From: Atopobiaceae bacterium
Lineage (GTDB): Bacteria > Actinomycetota > Coriobacteriia > Coriobacteriales > Atopobiaceae
Reading direction: 5' to 3'
Assembly (NCBI GenBank): GCA_051878835.1
Contig: JBJEKW010000081.1
Coordinates: 3,352 to 67,351, forward strand
Length of the DNA stretch: 64,000 bases
Shown: positions 29,773-41,587 of the stretch, in pieces
How the letters are laid out: each line of letters starts with the position of its first letter
Position numbering within the stretch: position 1 is the stretch's first letter
Notes under the pieces: model-generated
What the model saw: the letters and a program-made list of their open reading frames with translations, nothing else
What the model was told of the DNA's origin: nothing
Database searches by the model: none
Made by a program: the position numbers and the translations under genes

Positions 29773-29933
29773 AATGCGCACTTCTCGTCCGGTGACGTCG
29801 CATTCGAGAGATTGCATAGCTGCGAGCTATAACCAAGTGACACACTAGGGTATAGTGTTCCAGAAGGAATTCGCTTCTGGCGATAGCGAAAGGCGATAAC
29901 GAGTGGCGTCGCACGGTTCGATAGGAGAGGCGC

Positions 29934-30854
29934 ATGGCAAAGGACGAAAACCAGCTGGCACAGCGCGTTGCGGCCATAAACAAGGTCTATGAGGACGAGA
30001 AGAACTTCTTTGGCGAGACGCGCCGCCACTTTCCCAGCCGCAGCGCCTGCATCGGACTGGTGCAGGATATACGCAAGCTGCTCTTTCCCGGGTACTTCGA
30101 CAACGAGAGCGCGGCGGGAGAGAGCACGGACTATCTCACGAGCGAGCGCATCCTGCACATCGAGCGCGTGCTGCAGGAGCAGGTGAAGGACGCCCTCCTG
30201 TTTGGCGACGGCAGCCTGGACCCCGAGGTGGCCGACCAGCGAGCGGCGGGCATCGCGGGCCAGTTCCTGGACCAGCTGCCCCAGGTGCTGGAGCTCCTGC
30301 TGACAGACATCCAGGCGCTCTACGACGGCGACCCGGCGGCGGGCAGCCTGGAGGAGGTGCTGGTGTCCTACCCCGGCATGTACGCCATCTTTGTGTATCG
30401 CATCGCGCACGTGCTGTACCAGCTGAACGTGCCCCTGATCCCGCGCCTCATAAGCGAGCACGCACACAGCAAGACCGGCATCGACATCAACCCCGGCGCC
30501 ACCATTGGCCGCTACTTCTTTATTGACCACGGCACGGGCGTCGTCATAGGCGAGACCACCACCATCGGCGACCACGTAAAGCTGTACCAGGGCGTCACGC
30601 TGGGCGCGCTCTCCACGCGCAAGGGGCAGGCGCTCTCGGGCGTGAAGCGCCATCCCACGCTGGGAAACTACGTCACCGTGTACTCGAACGCGTCCATCCT
30701 GGGCGGCGAGACCGTTATCGGCGACGGTGCGGTCATCAGCGGCTCCGCGTTCGTGTGCGAGTCCGTGCCCAAGAACGCCCGCGTGAAACTGAACCAGGAG
30801 ACCGTGATCCATCGTCCCGACGAGCCCGAGCCCAAGTGGTTCTACGTGATCTAG
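29934..30854 (+). CDS. cysE: Serine O-acetyltransferase
   Basis: Hexapeptide-repeat core GATIGRYFFIDHGTGVVIGETTTIGDHVKLYQGVTLG and a long helical N-terminal domain. Confidence 0.88.
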   Translation: MAKDENQLAQRVAAINKVYEDEKNFFGETRRHFPSRSACIGLVQDIRKLLFPGYFDNESAAGESTDYLTSERILHIERVLQEQVKDALLFGDGSLDPEVADQRAAGIAGQFLDQLPQVLELLLTDIQALYDGDPAAGSLEEVLVSYPGMYAIFVYRIAHVLYQLNVPLIPRLISEHAHSKTGIDINPGATIGRYFFIDHGTGVVIGETTTIGDHVKLYQGVTLGALSTRKGQALSGVKRHPTLGNYVTVYSNASILGGETVIGDGAVISGSAFVCESVPKNARVKLNQETVIHRPDEPEPKWFYVI

Positions 30855-30977
30855 CGCCGTAGGAATCCCGCCGCGTCTGGTTCCGCGTTGCCCACGGGTA
30901 ACGCCGCCGTGCGCAAATCCGCCTGGGTAGGTATACTAAGGCCCATCTAGCTCTACATTTGGTAAGAGAGGACTTCA

Positions 30978-33548
<2,571 letters not shown>

Positions 33549-33587
33549 GCTGGCGCGGCTGTTCTTCTTGCACCATAGATACACACA

Positions 33588-33622
33588 GGCGAGGTCCGGT
33601 TGATGCCGGGCCCCGCCTTTTT
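33588..33622 (+). terminator. Intrinsic terminator after leuS
   Basis: GGCGAGGTCCGG-TTGATG-CCGGGCCCCGCC followed by TTTTT. Confidence 0.75.
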
Positions 33623-33971
33623 CGTGCCGCCTCGATGGGCCACGCCGGGGTCTTTCGCGGGCCTTTCTTGCCTGAATGTTTCGGGCCGTTACGCACAGAA
33701 GAAAGCAATGTTTCCAAACGCGACGCCTTCCGTTTTTTACAATACCCGCAAAACCGCAGGTCGTAGAACATACGCAAGCAAAAGGACGGGGTCGCGGGGA
33801 GCGAGCCCGGGCCTTGGCGGGCACATCCATACGATGTGCGGGAGGTCGGCCGATGAGGCCTTGGCCCGGCGGGCGGCGTCAGACGCGTCCGACCCGGCCA
33901 AGCGATGAGCGCCTGGCGCACGGCCAGGGGCGGCGCATCCAGTCTTCCGCACCCGACGGCAAGGAGGGGTC

Positions 33972-34343
33972 ATGGGAACTAGAATCTCGGAACACCCGAT
34001 TCTGGGCGTACCTCAAAAGGGCAAGCTCGTCAGCTTCAGCTATGACGGCCAGACGCTGCAGGGCTACGAGGGCGAGCCGGTGGCTGTCGCCCTGCGTGCT
34101 GCGGGCGTCATGGTGCATCGCTACACGGCGAAGCGCCACACCCCCAGGGGGATCTTCTGCGCCATCGGCCGCTGCACCGACTGCGTCATGGTGGTGGACG
34201 GCGTTCCCAACGTGCGCACGTGCATGACTCCCCTGCGCGAGGGCATGAAGGTCCAGACGCAGTACGGCGTCTCGCCCGTGCCCTTTGACCAGCAGGGCGC
34301 GCGTCCCGGCAGCAAGACCGCAAGCGAAGGGGGAGCACGATGA
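33972..34343 (+). CDS. Small (2Fe-2S)-binding subunit of an amino-acid/opine dehydrogenase complex
   Basis: 123 aa. GIFCAIGRCTDCVMVVDGVPNVRTCMTP is typical of sarcosine-oxidase-alpha N-terminal / HcnA-like 2Fe-2S proteins. It overlaps the next gene by 4 nt. Confidence 0.75.
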   Translation: MGTRISEHPILGVPQKGKLVSFSYDGQTLQGYEGEPVAVALRAAGVMVHRYTAKRHTPRGIFCAIGRCTDCVMVVDGVPNVRTCMTPLREGMKVQTQYGVSPVPFDQQGARPGSKTASEGGAR

Positions 34344-35956
34344 AGCGCTATGACCTCATAGTCGTCGGTGCCGGCCCGGCCGGCATGTCCGCTGCCATCG
34401 AGGCGGCAAAGCACGGCGTCCACGTGGTCGTGTTCGACGAGAACGCACGCCCCGGCGGACAGCTGTTCAAGCAGATCCACAAGTTCTTTGGCTCGAAGGA
34501 GCACCGCGCAAAGATCCGCGGCTTCGTCATTGGCCAGGAGCTCCTGGACGAGGCCGACAAGCTGGGCGTGGACGTCCGCCTGAACTCCACGGTCATCGGC
34601 CTGTACCAGGACAAGGAGGTCGTCGTCCAGCGCAACGGCGAGGTGGAGCACTACAAGGGCGACTCCATCGTCGTGGCCACCGGCGCGGCCGAGAACATGG
34701 TGACCTTCGAGGGCTGGACCCTGCCGGGCGTCATCGGCGCCGGCGCCGCCCAGACCATGATGAACCTCCACGGCGTGCGTCCCGGCGAGCGCGTGCTGAT
34801 GCTGGGCACCGGCAACGTCGGCCTGGTCGTCAGCTACCAGCTGAAGCAGGCTGGCTGCGACGTGGTGGCGCTGGTCGACGCGGCTCCTCGCGTGGGCGGC
34901 TACGGCGTCCACGCCGCAAAGGTGGCCCGCACGGGCGTGCCGTTCTACCTGGGCCACACCATCAAGCGCGCCGAGGGCACCGACCACGTGACAGGCGCCG
35001 TCATCGCGCAGCTGGACGAGCACTTCCAGTTCATCCCCGGCACCGAGAAGCACTTCGACGTCGACACCATCTGCGTCGCCGTGGGCCTGTCGCCGATGTC
35101 GCAGCTGTTCAAGATGGACGGCTGCAAGGTCGTGGACGACCGCAAGAAGGGCGGCCAGGTCCCCGTGGTGGACGACCTGGGCCAGACCAGCATCCCCGGC
35201 ATCTTCGCCGCGGGCGACGTGTCTGGCATCGAGGAGGCCTCCTCGGCCATGATTGAGGGTCGCATCGCCGGCCTGAGCGCCGCCAGCTTCTTGGGCTATA
35301 TCGACAAGCCCGAGCTGGACGAGGGCGTCGGCTCTAACGAGGCGGCCCTTGACGGCCTGCGCCAGGGCATGTTCGCACCGAAGAACCGTGGCAAGAAGAT
35401 CGAGAACACCGAGGAGGGCATCCCCGTCTCGACCAGCCTTTTGGAGCACGGCTTCGTCGCCGACGACGAGATCGAGCGCTTCCCGGGCGTCACGCATCGC
35501 CAGGGCATCCACCCCGTCATCGAGTGCACGCAGAACATCCCGTGCAACCCCTGCCAGGACGTTTGCCCGAAGCACTGCATCAAGGTCGGCGACCACATCA
35601 CAGCGCTGCCCCAGCTGGAGCCCGACGCTCAGTGCATCGGCTGCGGCCTGTGCGTGGCCTCCTGCCCCGGCCAGGCGATCTTCCTGCTGGACGAGACCGA
35701 CGAGCCCGGCTACGCCGACGTCTCGCTGCCCTACGAGTTCCTGCCGCTGCCCACGAAGGGCCAGCGCGGCGTCGCCCTGGGCAGGGACGGCCAGCCGGTG
35801 TGCGAGGCAGAGGTCGTCAACGTCAAGCGCACGAAGGCGTACGACCACACCGCCGTCGTGACCATGCGGGTTCCTTCCGACATGGCCATGAGGGCAAGGT
35901 TCTTCAAGGCGACGGATGACGTCCAGGCGCCGGCGGCGCCCGCGGCGAAGGCATAG
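34340..35956 (+). CDS. FAD/NAD(P)-binding oxidoreductase subunit with a C-terminal 4Fe-4S ferredoxin domain
   Basis: 538 aa with DLIVVGAGPAGMSAAIEAA (FAD), VLMLGTGNVGLVVSYQL (NAD) and CIGCGLCVASCPGQA (4Fe-4S). Confidence 0.8.
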   Translation: MKRYDLIVVGAGPAGMSAAIEAAKHGVHVVVFDENARPGGQLFKQIHKFFGSKEHRAKIRGFVIGQELLDEADKLGVDVRLNSTVIGLYQDKEVVVQRNGEVEHYKGDSIVVATGAAENMVTFEGWTLPGVIGAGAAQTMMNLHGVRPGERVLMLGTGNVGLVVSYQLKQAGCDVVALVDAAPRVGGYGVHAAKVARTGVPFYLGHTIKRAEGTDHVTGAVIAQLDEHFQFIPGTEKHFDVDTICVAVGLSPMSQLFKMDGCKVVDDRKKGGQVPVVDDLGQTSIPGIFAAGDVSGIEEASSAMIEGRIAGLSAASFLGYIDKPELDEGVGSNEAALDGLRQGMFAPKNRGKKIENTEEGIPVSTSLLEHGFVADDEIERFPGVTHRQGIHPVIECTQNIPCNPCQDVCPKHCIKVGDHITALPQLEPDAQCIGCGLCVASCPGQAIFLLDETDEPGYADVSLPYEFLPLPTKGQRGVALGRDGQPVCEAEVVNVKRTKAYDHTAVVTMRVPSDMAMRARFFKATDDVQAPAAPAAKA

Positions 35957-35959
35957 GGG

Positions 35960-36298
35960 GTGCCAGCGATGAAGGAGATCTACGACCGCACGCGCGACCT
36001 CGGCCCGTTCGAGCCGAAGGCCGGAGACGACCAGATCGTCTGCAGGTGCGAGGAGGTAACGCAGGGCGAGATTCGCCAGGCGGTGCATGACGGGCTGTTC
36101 ACCATCGCCGAGATTCGCCGCTACCTGCGCTGCGGCATGGGCCTGTGCCAGGGCCAGACCTGCGCGCGGCTGGTGAAGGGCATCGTGGCGCGCGAGCTTG
36201 GCGTCAGCCCCGACGAGCTGGAGCCCGCAAGCTCCCGCGCACCCATGCGTCCCATCGAGATGAGCGTGTTCGCAAAGGAGGGCGAGGACGATGAGTAG
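35960..36298 (+). CDS. BFD-like (2Fe-2S)-binding small subunit
   Basis: 112 aa with IVCRCEEVTQGEIRQAV and CGMGLCQGQTC cysteine pairs. Confidence 0.7.
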   Translation: MPAMKEIYDRTRDLGPFEPKAGDDQIVCRCEEVTQGEIRQAVHDGLFTIAEIRRYLRCGMGLCQGQTCARLVKGIVARELGVSPDELEPASSRAPMRPIEMSVFAKEGEDDE

Positions 36299-37424
36299 CA
36301 CCACTGCAGACGTCATCGTGGTCGGCGGAGGCATCATCGGCTGCGCCACCGCGTACTACCTGGCCAAGAAGGGCACGGACGTCATCGTGCTGGAGGCCAA
36401 CGAGTCCATCGGCGACGGCGGCTCCACGCGCAACGCCGGCGGCGTGCGCCAGTCGGGCCGCGACCCGCGCGAGCTGCCCCTGGCCATGTACGCGGTCAAG
36501 AACCTGTGGCCGCACCTCAGCGAGGAGCTGGATAGCGACGTCGAGTACTGCCAGGGCGGCAACCTGCGCCTGGGCAAGACCGAGAAGCACCTGGAGATCC
36601 TGCGCGGCCTGCGCGACAAGGCAGTGGCACAGGGCCTGGACATGCGCATGATCTCGGGCGACGAGGTCCGCGAGATCAACCCGTACCTGTCCGAGGAGGT
36701 CATCGGTGCATCCTGGTGCCCCACGGACGGCCATGCCAACCCGCTGCGCGCCACCATGGCCTTCTACCGCGCCGCCCGCAGGCTGGGCGTGCGCTTCTAC
36801 ACGGGTCACCCCGTGACGGAACTGCGCAAGGTCAAGGGCGCCGTGCGCCAGGTCGTGACCCCGACCCAGACCTACGAGGCCGACCGCGTGGTCGTGGCCG
36901 CCGGCTATGCCTCCAGGAAGATCCTGGCCAGCGTGGACATCGACGTCCCGATGTCGAACGTCCTCATCGAGGCACTCGTGACCGAGATGGAGCCCCCGAT
37001 GTTCCCGCAGATGCTGGGCACTGCAGAGGCCGACTTCTACGGTCACCAGACCAAGCACGGCTCGTTCGTCTTTGGTGGCGACTCCGGCTTCGAGCGCGTG
37101 AACAAGGACGAGGGGCATCGCATGCGCACCTCCAGCATCACCGCGCCCTCCATCTGCCGCGGCATCCTGCGCTACATCCCGCGCCTGGCTCACGCCAAGA
37201 TCGTGCGCACCTGGGCCGGCTACGAGGACGTGTGCGCTGACGGCGTGCCCGTCCTGGGCAAGGTGGACGAGGTCCCCGGCCTGGTGGTCGCCTGCGCGTT
37301 CACGGGGCATGGCTTTGGCATCTCGCCCATCGTGGGCACGCTGCTCTCCGAGGTCGCGCGCGACGAGCCTACCACGCTGGACATATCGGCGTTCCGTTAC
37401 GACCGCTTCAAGGCACGGGCGTAG
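36291..37424 (+). CDS. FAD-dependent oxidoreductase (DAO/SoxB-like catalytic beta subunit)
   Basis: 377 aa with the N-terminal dinucleotide fold DVIVVGGGIIGCATAYYLAKKG. The C-terminal HGFGISP is typical of the D-amino-acid/sarcosine oxidase family. Confidence 0.8.
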   Translation: MSSTTADVIVVGGGIIGCATAYYLAKKGTDVIVLEANESIGDGGSTRNAGGVRQSGRDPRELPLAMYAVKNLWPHLSEELDSDVEYCQGGNLRLGKTEKHLEILRGLRDKAVAQGLDMRMISGDEVREINPYLSEEVIGASWCPTDGHANPLRATMAFYRAARRLGVRFYTGHPVTELRKVKGAVRQVVTPTQTYEADRVVVAAGYASRKILASVDIDVPMSNVLIEALVTEMEPPMFPQMLGTAEADFYGHQTKHGSFVFGGDSGFERVNKDEGHRMRTSSITAPSICRGILRYIPRLAHAKIVRTWAGYEDVCADGVPVLGKVDEVPGLVVACAFTGHGFGISPIVGTLLSEVARDEPTTLDISAFRYDRFKARA

Positions 37425-37452
37425 CAATCCATAATCGGACGAAGGGAACATC

Positions 37453-38583
37453 ATGGACACGAAGATCGACTTCCTGTATCTGAACGAGCCCGACATGATC
37501 AAGGCCGGCGTCAAGAACATGCCTGCCTGCGTCGACTGCATGGAGGACCTGCTGGTCACCCTGGGCAAGGGCGACTACGTGATGGGCGGCGAGAACCACA
37601 ACTCGCACGGCACCATGATCATGTTCCCCGACGACCCCAAGTTCCCGGGCATGCCGAAGAACGGCGAGGACCGCAGGTTCATGGCCATGCCCGCCTACCT
37701 GGGCGGCAAGTACCAGATGGCCGGCGTGAAGTGGTACGGCTCCAACGTCGAGAACAAGGCCAAGGGCCTTCCGCGCTCCATCCTGATGTTCATGCTGAAC
37801 GACAAGGACACGGGCGCACCCTTGTGCCTGATGTCGGGCAACCTGATCTCCGCGTACCGCACGGGCGGCATCCCCGGCGTCGGCGCCCGCTACCTGGCCC
37901 GCAAGGACTCCAAGGTCGCGGCCATCGTGGGCCCTGGCGTCATGGGCAAGACCTCTGCCGCCGCGTTCGTCTCAGAGTGCCCGAACCTGGACACCATCAA
38001 GGTCAAGGGCCGTGGCCGCCGCTCCCTGGACTCCTTCGTCGAGTTCGTGAAGCGCGAGCTGCCGCAGATCAAGACCGTGAAGGTGTGCGACACGGTGGAG
38101 GAGTGCGTCACCGACGCCGACATCGTCTCGTTCACCACGACGGTCTCCGACGACGTGTCCAGCTTCCCCGTGCTGAAGGGCGAGTGGATCAAGCCCGGCG
38201 CGCTCCTCTCGATGCCCTCTGCCGCAGCCATCGACGGCGACTTCATCGCCAACAACTGCAAGATGGTCGTGGACAACATGGGCCTGTACGACGCGTGGGC
38301 CGAGGAGTACCCGTACCCGACCTACGTGAAGATCGAGATCATCGGCTGCCTGTTCACCGACCTCGTGCACGAGGGAAAGATCAAGCGCTCCGACATCACG
38401 AACATCGCCGACATCATCGAGGGCAAGGCCGAGGGCCGCACCTCCGACGACCAGATCATCGTCTACTCGGTCGGCGGCATGCCCGTGGAGGACATCGCCT
38501 GGGGCGGCACGATTTACCGCAACGCCCAAAAGATGGGCATCGGCACGAAGCTGAACCTGTGGGACAAGCCCGAGATGTTCTAG
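37453..38583 (+). CDS. Ornithine cyclodeaminase / mu-crystallin family protein
   Basis: 376 aa with NLISAYRTGGIPGVGARYLA and the Rossmann segment AAIVGPGVMGKTSAAAF, characteristic of the OCD/ketimine-reductase family. Confidence 0.7.
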   Translation: MDTKIDFLYLNEPDMIKAGVKNMPACVDCMEDLLVTLGKGDYVMGGENHNSHGTMIMFPDDPKFPGMPKNGEDRRFMAMPAYLGGKYQMAGVKWYGSNVENKAKGLPRSILMFMLNDKDTGAPLCLMSGNLISAYRTGGIPGVGARYLARKDSKVAAIVGPGVMGKTSAAAFVSECPNLDTIKVKGRGRRSLDSFVEFVKRELPQIKTVKVCDTVEECVTDADIVSFTTTVSDDVSSFPVLKGEWIKPGALLSMPSAAAIDGDFIANNCKMVVDNMGLYDAWAEEYPYPTYVKIEIIGCLFTDLVHEGKIKRSDITNIADIIEGKAEGRTSDDQIIVYSVGGMPVEDIAWGGTIYRNAQKMGIGTKLNLWDKPEMF

Positions 38584-38701
38584 GACTTTCGTAGTCGGGC
38601 CAGGCACCTTCGGGTGCCTGGCCCGAACTTGGAACGTGCGTGCAACACACGTGCAACGTTGCGCGTCATCTTCCGAAAAACTGCCTTGGTAGCCTGTACG
38701 T

Positions 38702-39628
38702 GTGCCGAGCGAGGGACCGTTGGGGGCCTGGAGCCCGGATTGCCATCTGGATTTCGGGGAGGCAGTTATGGCGGAAGCTGCTTTGGAGGTCCAGGGCCCT
38801 GCGTGCGACTATGCGATTGCACACCGGGCCCGTCAGCCCTACGTGCCCCTGGGGGCCGAAGGGTACCAGGAGGTTCTCCTGGCCGAGGGACCAGTCGAGC
38901 TGGTGTACGCGTTCAGGTCGAAGGGGAGGGGGAACTTCCCCGACGCCGTGCCCGACGGGTGCGTGGACGCGTTCTTTGGCGTGGGGCCCGACGGGGTCGT
39001 GGCCACCATCGGAGGCACCGTCCTGGGCGCGAAGCCGTGGGCCTTCGAGGGCGAGCGCGACTGGGTGGGCTGCAGGTTCAGGCCCGGACAGGCCATCCTG
39101 CCCCAGGGGGTCTGTCCCGAGGACCTGGTGAACGCAGACATGCCGCTGGACATCGGCAGCCTGGACGAACGGCTGGAGCAAGACCTCGAGCGGGCCGCTG
39201 ACGCCCAGGAGCGCATCCGGGTGCTGCAAAGGCACCTTCGCCGCCTGGTGAGCCAGGAATCGCGCAGCTCTTCTTTGCATTCGCGCACGCCGCTGGAGCG
39301 CTTTGCCAGCAGGCGCATCGTCGAGTCGGGCGGCACGCTGACGGTGTCCGCCATAGCCAAGGAGGCCGGCGTCACCGATCGCAGGCTGCGCAGCGTGTTC
39401 AGCCAGGTGCACGGCTTCTCGCCAAAGCAGTTCTCCAGAATCGTCAGGTTCCAGCATGCGATGGCCCTCATCTGCGCGCCCGGCGACCAGGCCGAGATTC
39501 AGTCGTTGGCCACGGCGTGCGGCTACTCCGACCAGTCGCATCTGGTGCACGAGTTCAACGCCTTCGCCGGCACCACACCCGGGCGCTTTCGACAGCTTGT
39601 GCGGATGCGCGAGGCAAAGGCCAACTAG
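38702..39628 (+). CDS. AraC-family transcriptional regulator
   Basis: The C-terminal double HTH reads VSAIAKEAGVTDRRLRSVFSQVHGFSPKQF...ACGYSDQSHLVHEFNAFAGTTPGRF. The start is uncertain (38702, or the Met at about 38769). Confidence 0.8.
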   Translation: MPSEGPLGAWSPDCHLDFGEAVMAEAALEVQGPACDYAIAHRARQPYVPLGAEGYQEVLLAEGPVELVYAFRSKGRGNFPDAVPDGCVDAFFGVGPDGVVATIGGTVLGAKPWAFEGERDWVGCRFRPGQAILPQGVCPEDLVNADMPLDIGSLDERLEQDLERAADAQERIRVLQRHLRRLVSQESRSSSLHSRTPLERFASRRIVESGGTLTVSAIAKEAGVTDRRLRSVFSQVHGFSPKQFSRIVRFQHAMALICAPGDQAEIQSLATACGYSDQSHLVHEFNAFAGTTPGRFRQLVRMREAKAN

Positions 39629-39702
39629 CTACCAATTCATCGGCTGCGGGTACCCTCGCATCCACGAGTGCGGCAGGCGGCGCCTGTCGTGGGGAGGTCA
39701 CT

Positions 39703-40050
39703 ATGTCCGAGCTTTCAAAGATTGACATCATCACCGGCATGGAGAAGTTCGACGGACTGCGCAGGACGCTCAGCCGCGCCCACGTGCGCGGCATGACCGT
39801 GCTGCAGGTCCTGGGCTGCGGTGCCGAGAAGGGCACGAAGGAGTACGAGGTCGACGAGAACTACGACATGGAGCTGCTCCCCAAGACCATGGTGTCCATC
39901 GTGGTCGAGACGAGGCGCGTGCCCGAGATCGTGGAGCTGGTAAAGCAGGAGCTCTACACCGGCCACATCGGCGACGGAAAGATCTTCGTCAGCGACCTGT
40001 CGCAGGTCGTGCGCGTGCGCACGGGCGACGAGGGTTCCGAGGCGCTCTAG
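39703..40050 (+). CDS. P-II family signal-transduction protein (divergent T-loop)
   Basis: 115 aa. MSELSKIDIITGMEKFDGLRRTL...GMTVLQVLGCGAEKGTKEY...GDGKIFVSDLSQVVRVRTGD matches the P-II fold signature. A GGGGAGG Shine-Dalgarno precedes the ATG. Confidence 0.8.
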   Translation: MSELSKIDIITGMEKFDGLRRTLSRAHVRGMTVLQVLGCGAEKGTKEYEVDENYDMELLPKTMVSIVVETRRVPEIVELVKQELYTGHIGDGKIFVSDLSQVVRVRTGDEGSEAL

Positions 40051-40059
40051 CCCTAGGAG

Positions 40060-41478
40060 GTGTACATGGCAAGCGAAAGCCAAAAGACGCTGGGGCTGCG
40101 CAGCGTGGTCTCCATCTCGATGGGTCTCATCGTTTCCATGAGCTGCCTGGTCTCGCTGGGACAGGGCGCCGGGCAGACGGGCCTCATGTTCATCCCCGCC
40201 ATGGTCGTGGCCTGCATCCTGAACATGTGCTCCGCGGCCTGCATCGCCGAGCTGAACTGCCTGATGCCCAACGCCACGGGCGGCCTGGTGCAGTACACCC
40301 TGGCCGGCCTGGGCCCCCTGCCCACGCTGGTGTCCATGGTGGGCGGCTACCTGATCTGCAACATCCTGTCGGGCGGCGTCGAGGCGTCCATATTTGCCTC
40401 GGTCATGACGCAGATGGTACCCCTGCCCATCCCGGGCTTCGTGTACCCGCTCGTCGTCATCCTGATCGTGGCCATCGCGGCCCTGATGGGCGTTGACATG
40501 TTCGCGAAGCTGCAGGACGCCGTGGCGTACCTGCTGCTGTTCTCCATGATAGCCATGGGCGTCATCGGCACGTTCTGCTGGGGCACCGGCACCGTGATTT
40601 CGCAGGCGGCGTCGCCCACCAGCGACCTGGGCGACATCGTGGGAGCCATCGGCCTGGCCTCGTGGCTGTTCGTGGGCGCCGAGTACGTGGTCCCCGTCTC
40701 GAAGGACGTGCGCAACGCAAAGCGCAACGTGCCCCTGGGCATGATGCTGAGCCTGCTGCTGATCCTGGTGATGGACTCCATCGTGGTTCTGGGCTTCCAC
40801 AACTACGTGCCCTGGGCCGAGCTCGAGGCCTCCGCGTCTCCCCACATGCTGTACGGCCAGAAGCTCCTGGGCGTCGCGGGCATGGTGTGGATGACCATCG
40901 TGTCGGCGTCCGCCTTCATCGGCGTGCAGAACTCGGCCATCAACGGCCTGGCACAGCTGTGCGACGGCATGGCAAAGACGAACCTGATGCCGCACTTCTT
41001 TGGCCGCAAGAACTCCCACGGCGCCCCCAGCATCGCCATCGTGTTCGTGTCGGCGTGCACGTGCCTGATCTCGATCCTGAGCGGCGACTCGTCCGACATC
41101 CTGGAGTTCTTGATCCTGGTCGTCACGGTGCTGTGGCTGGTGTCCTACATCTTTGCCGACATCGACCTTCTGGTGCTGCGCCACCGCCTGCCAAAGGCGC
41201 CGCGCGCGTTCAAGGTCCCCGGAGGCCCCGTGATCCCCATCATCGGCATCGCCGGCACGGTGTTCATGATCGCGAACATCTCCAGCGACCCCGAGGAGGC
41301 CATGCGCATCTGGGTGCTGTCGGGCGCCATGTTCCTGGTCCTGGGCATCTACTCGGTCATCTGGATCAAGCGCAAGATGCGCATCCCGGTGCTGAAGCCC
41401 ATTCCCATCCCCAAGGTGCTGGCGATGGAGAACGACCTGTACTACACCATCCGCGTGCGCCGTGGCATCTGGCGCTAG
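40060..41478 (+). CDS. APC-superfamily amino-acid permease
   Basis: 472 aa with about 12 predicted TM helices and an APC-like N-terminal segment (SISMGLIVSMSCLVSLGQGAG). It starts 9 nt after the P-II gene. Confidence 0.8.
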   Translation: MYMASESQKTLGLRSVVSISMGLIVSMSCLVSLGQGAGQTGLMFIPAMVVACILNMCSAACIAELNCLMPNATGGLVQYTLAGLGPLPTLVSMVGGYLICNILSGGVEASIFASVMTQMVPLPIPGFVYPLVVILIVAIAALMGVDMFAKLQDAVAYLLLFSMIAMGVIGTFCWGTGTVISQAASPTSDLGDIVGAIGLASWLFVGAEYVVPVSKDVRNAKRNVPLGMMLSLLLILVMDSIVVLGFHNYVPWAELEASASPHMLYGQKLLGVAGMVWMTIVSASAFIGVQNSAINGLAQLCDGMAKTNLMPHFFGRKNSHGAPSIAIVFVSACTCLISILSGDSSDILEFLILVVTVLWLVSYIFADIDLLVLRHRLPKAPRAFKVPGGPVIPIIGIAGTVFMIANISSDPEEAMRIWVLSGAMFLVLGIYSVIWIKRKMRIPVLKPIPIPKVLAMENDLYYTIRVRRGIWR

Positions 41479-41498
41479 CGCAGGGCAAGAAGAACGAA

Positions 41499-41536
41499 GG
41501 CGGCCGCGTCCCATCTGGAGACGCGGCCGCCCTTTC
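41499..41536. terminator. Hairpin between the convergent permease and trpS genes
   Basis: GGCGGCCGCGTC-CCATCTGGAG-ACGCGGCCGCC followed by CTTTCG. The T-run is weak. Confidence 0.5.
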
Positions 41537-41587
41537 GTGTAGCGGGCCTCTTTCGTAAGGCAGGGGACCTGCGGCTGGCGCGGTGCC

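Noticed and set aside
29773-29933. Possible Cys T-box or other riboswitch upstream of cysE (AGAGA-like and GAGTGGCGTCGCACGG segments)
   Set aside because: The leader is too short for a full T-box. The candidate T-box sequence matches the consensus poorly, and I could not build a specifier or antiterminator arrangement.
30855-30977. T-box upstream of leuS by analogy with ileS
   Set aside because: Only about 120 nt of intergenic space is available, and there are no AGAGA, GGUGG or terminator elements.
34121-37568. 742-aa and 454-aa - strand ORFs over the oxidoreductase operon
   Set aside because: The + strand genes have clean dinucleotide-fold and Fe-S motifs and translational coupling. The - strand translations are repetitive A/G/L/V/D/H.
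39715-41514. 599-aa - strand ORF over the P-II and permease genes
   Set aside because: Shadow ORF. The + strand encodes a 12-TM permease and a P-II protein with proper RBS signals.
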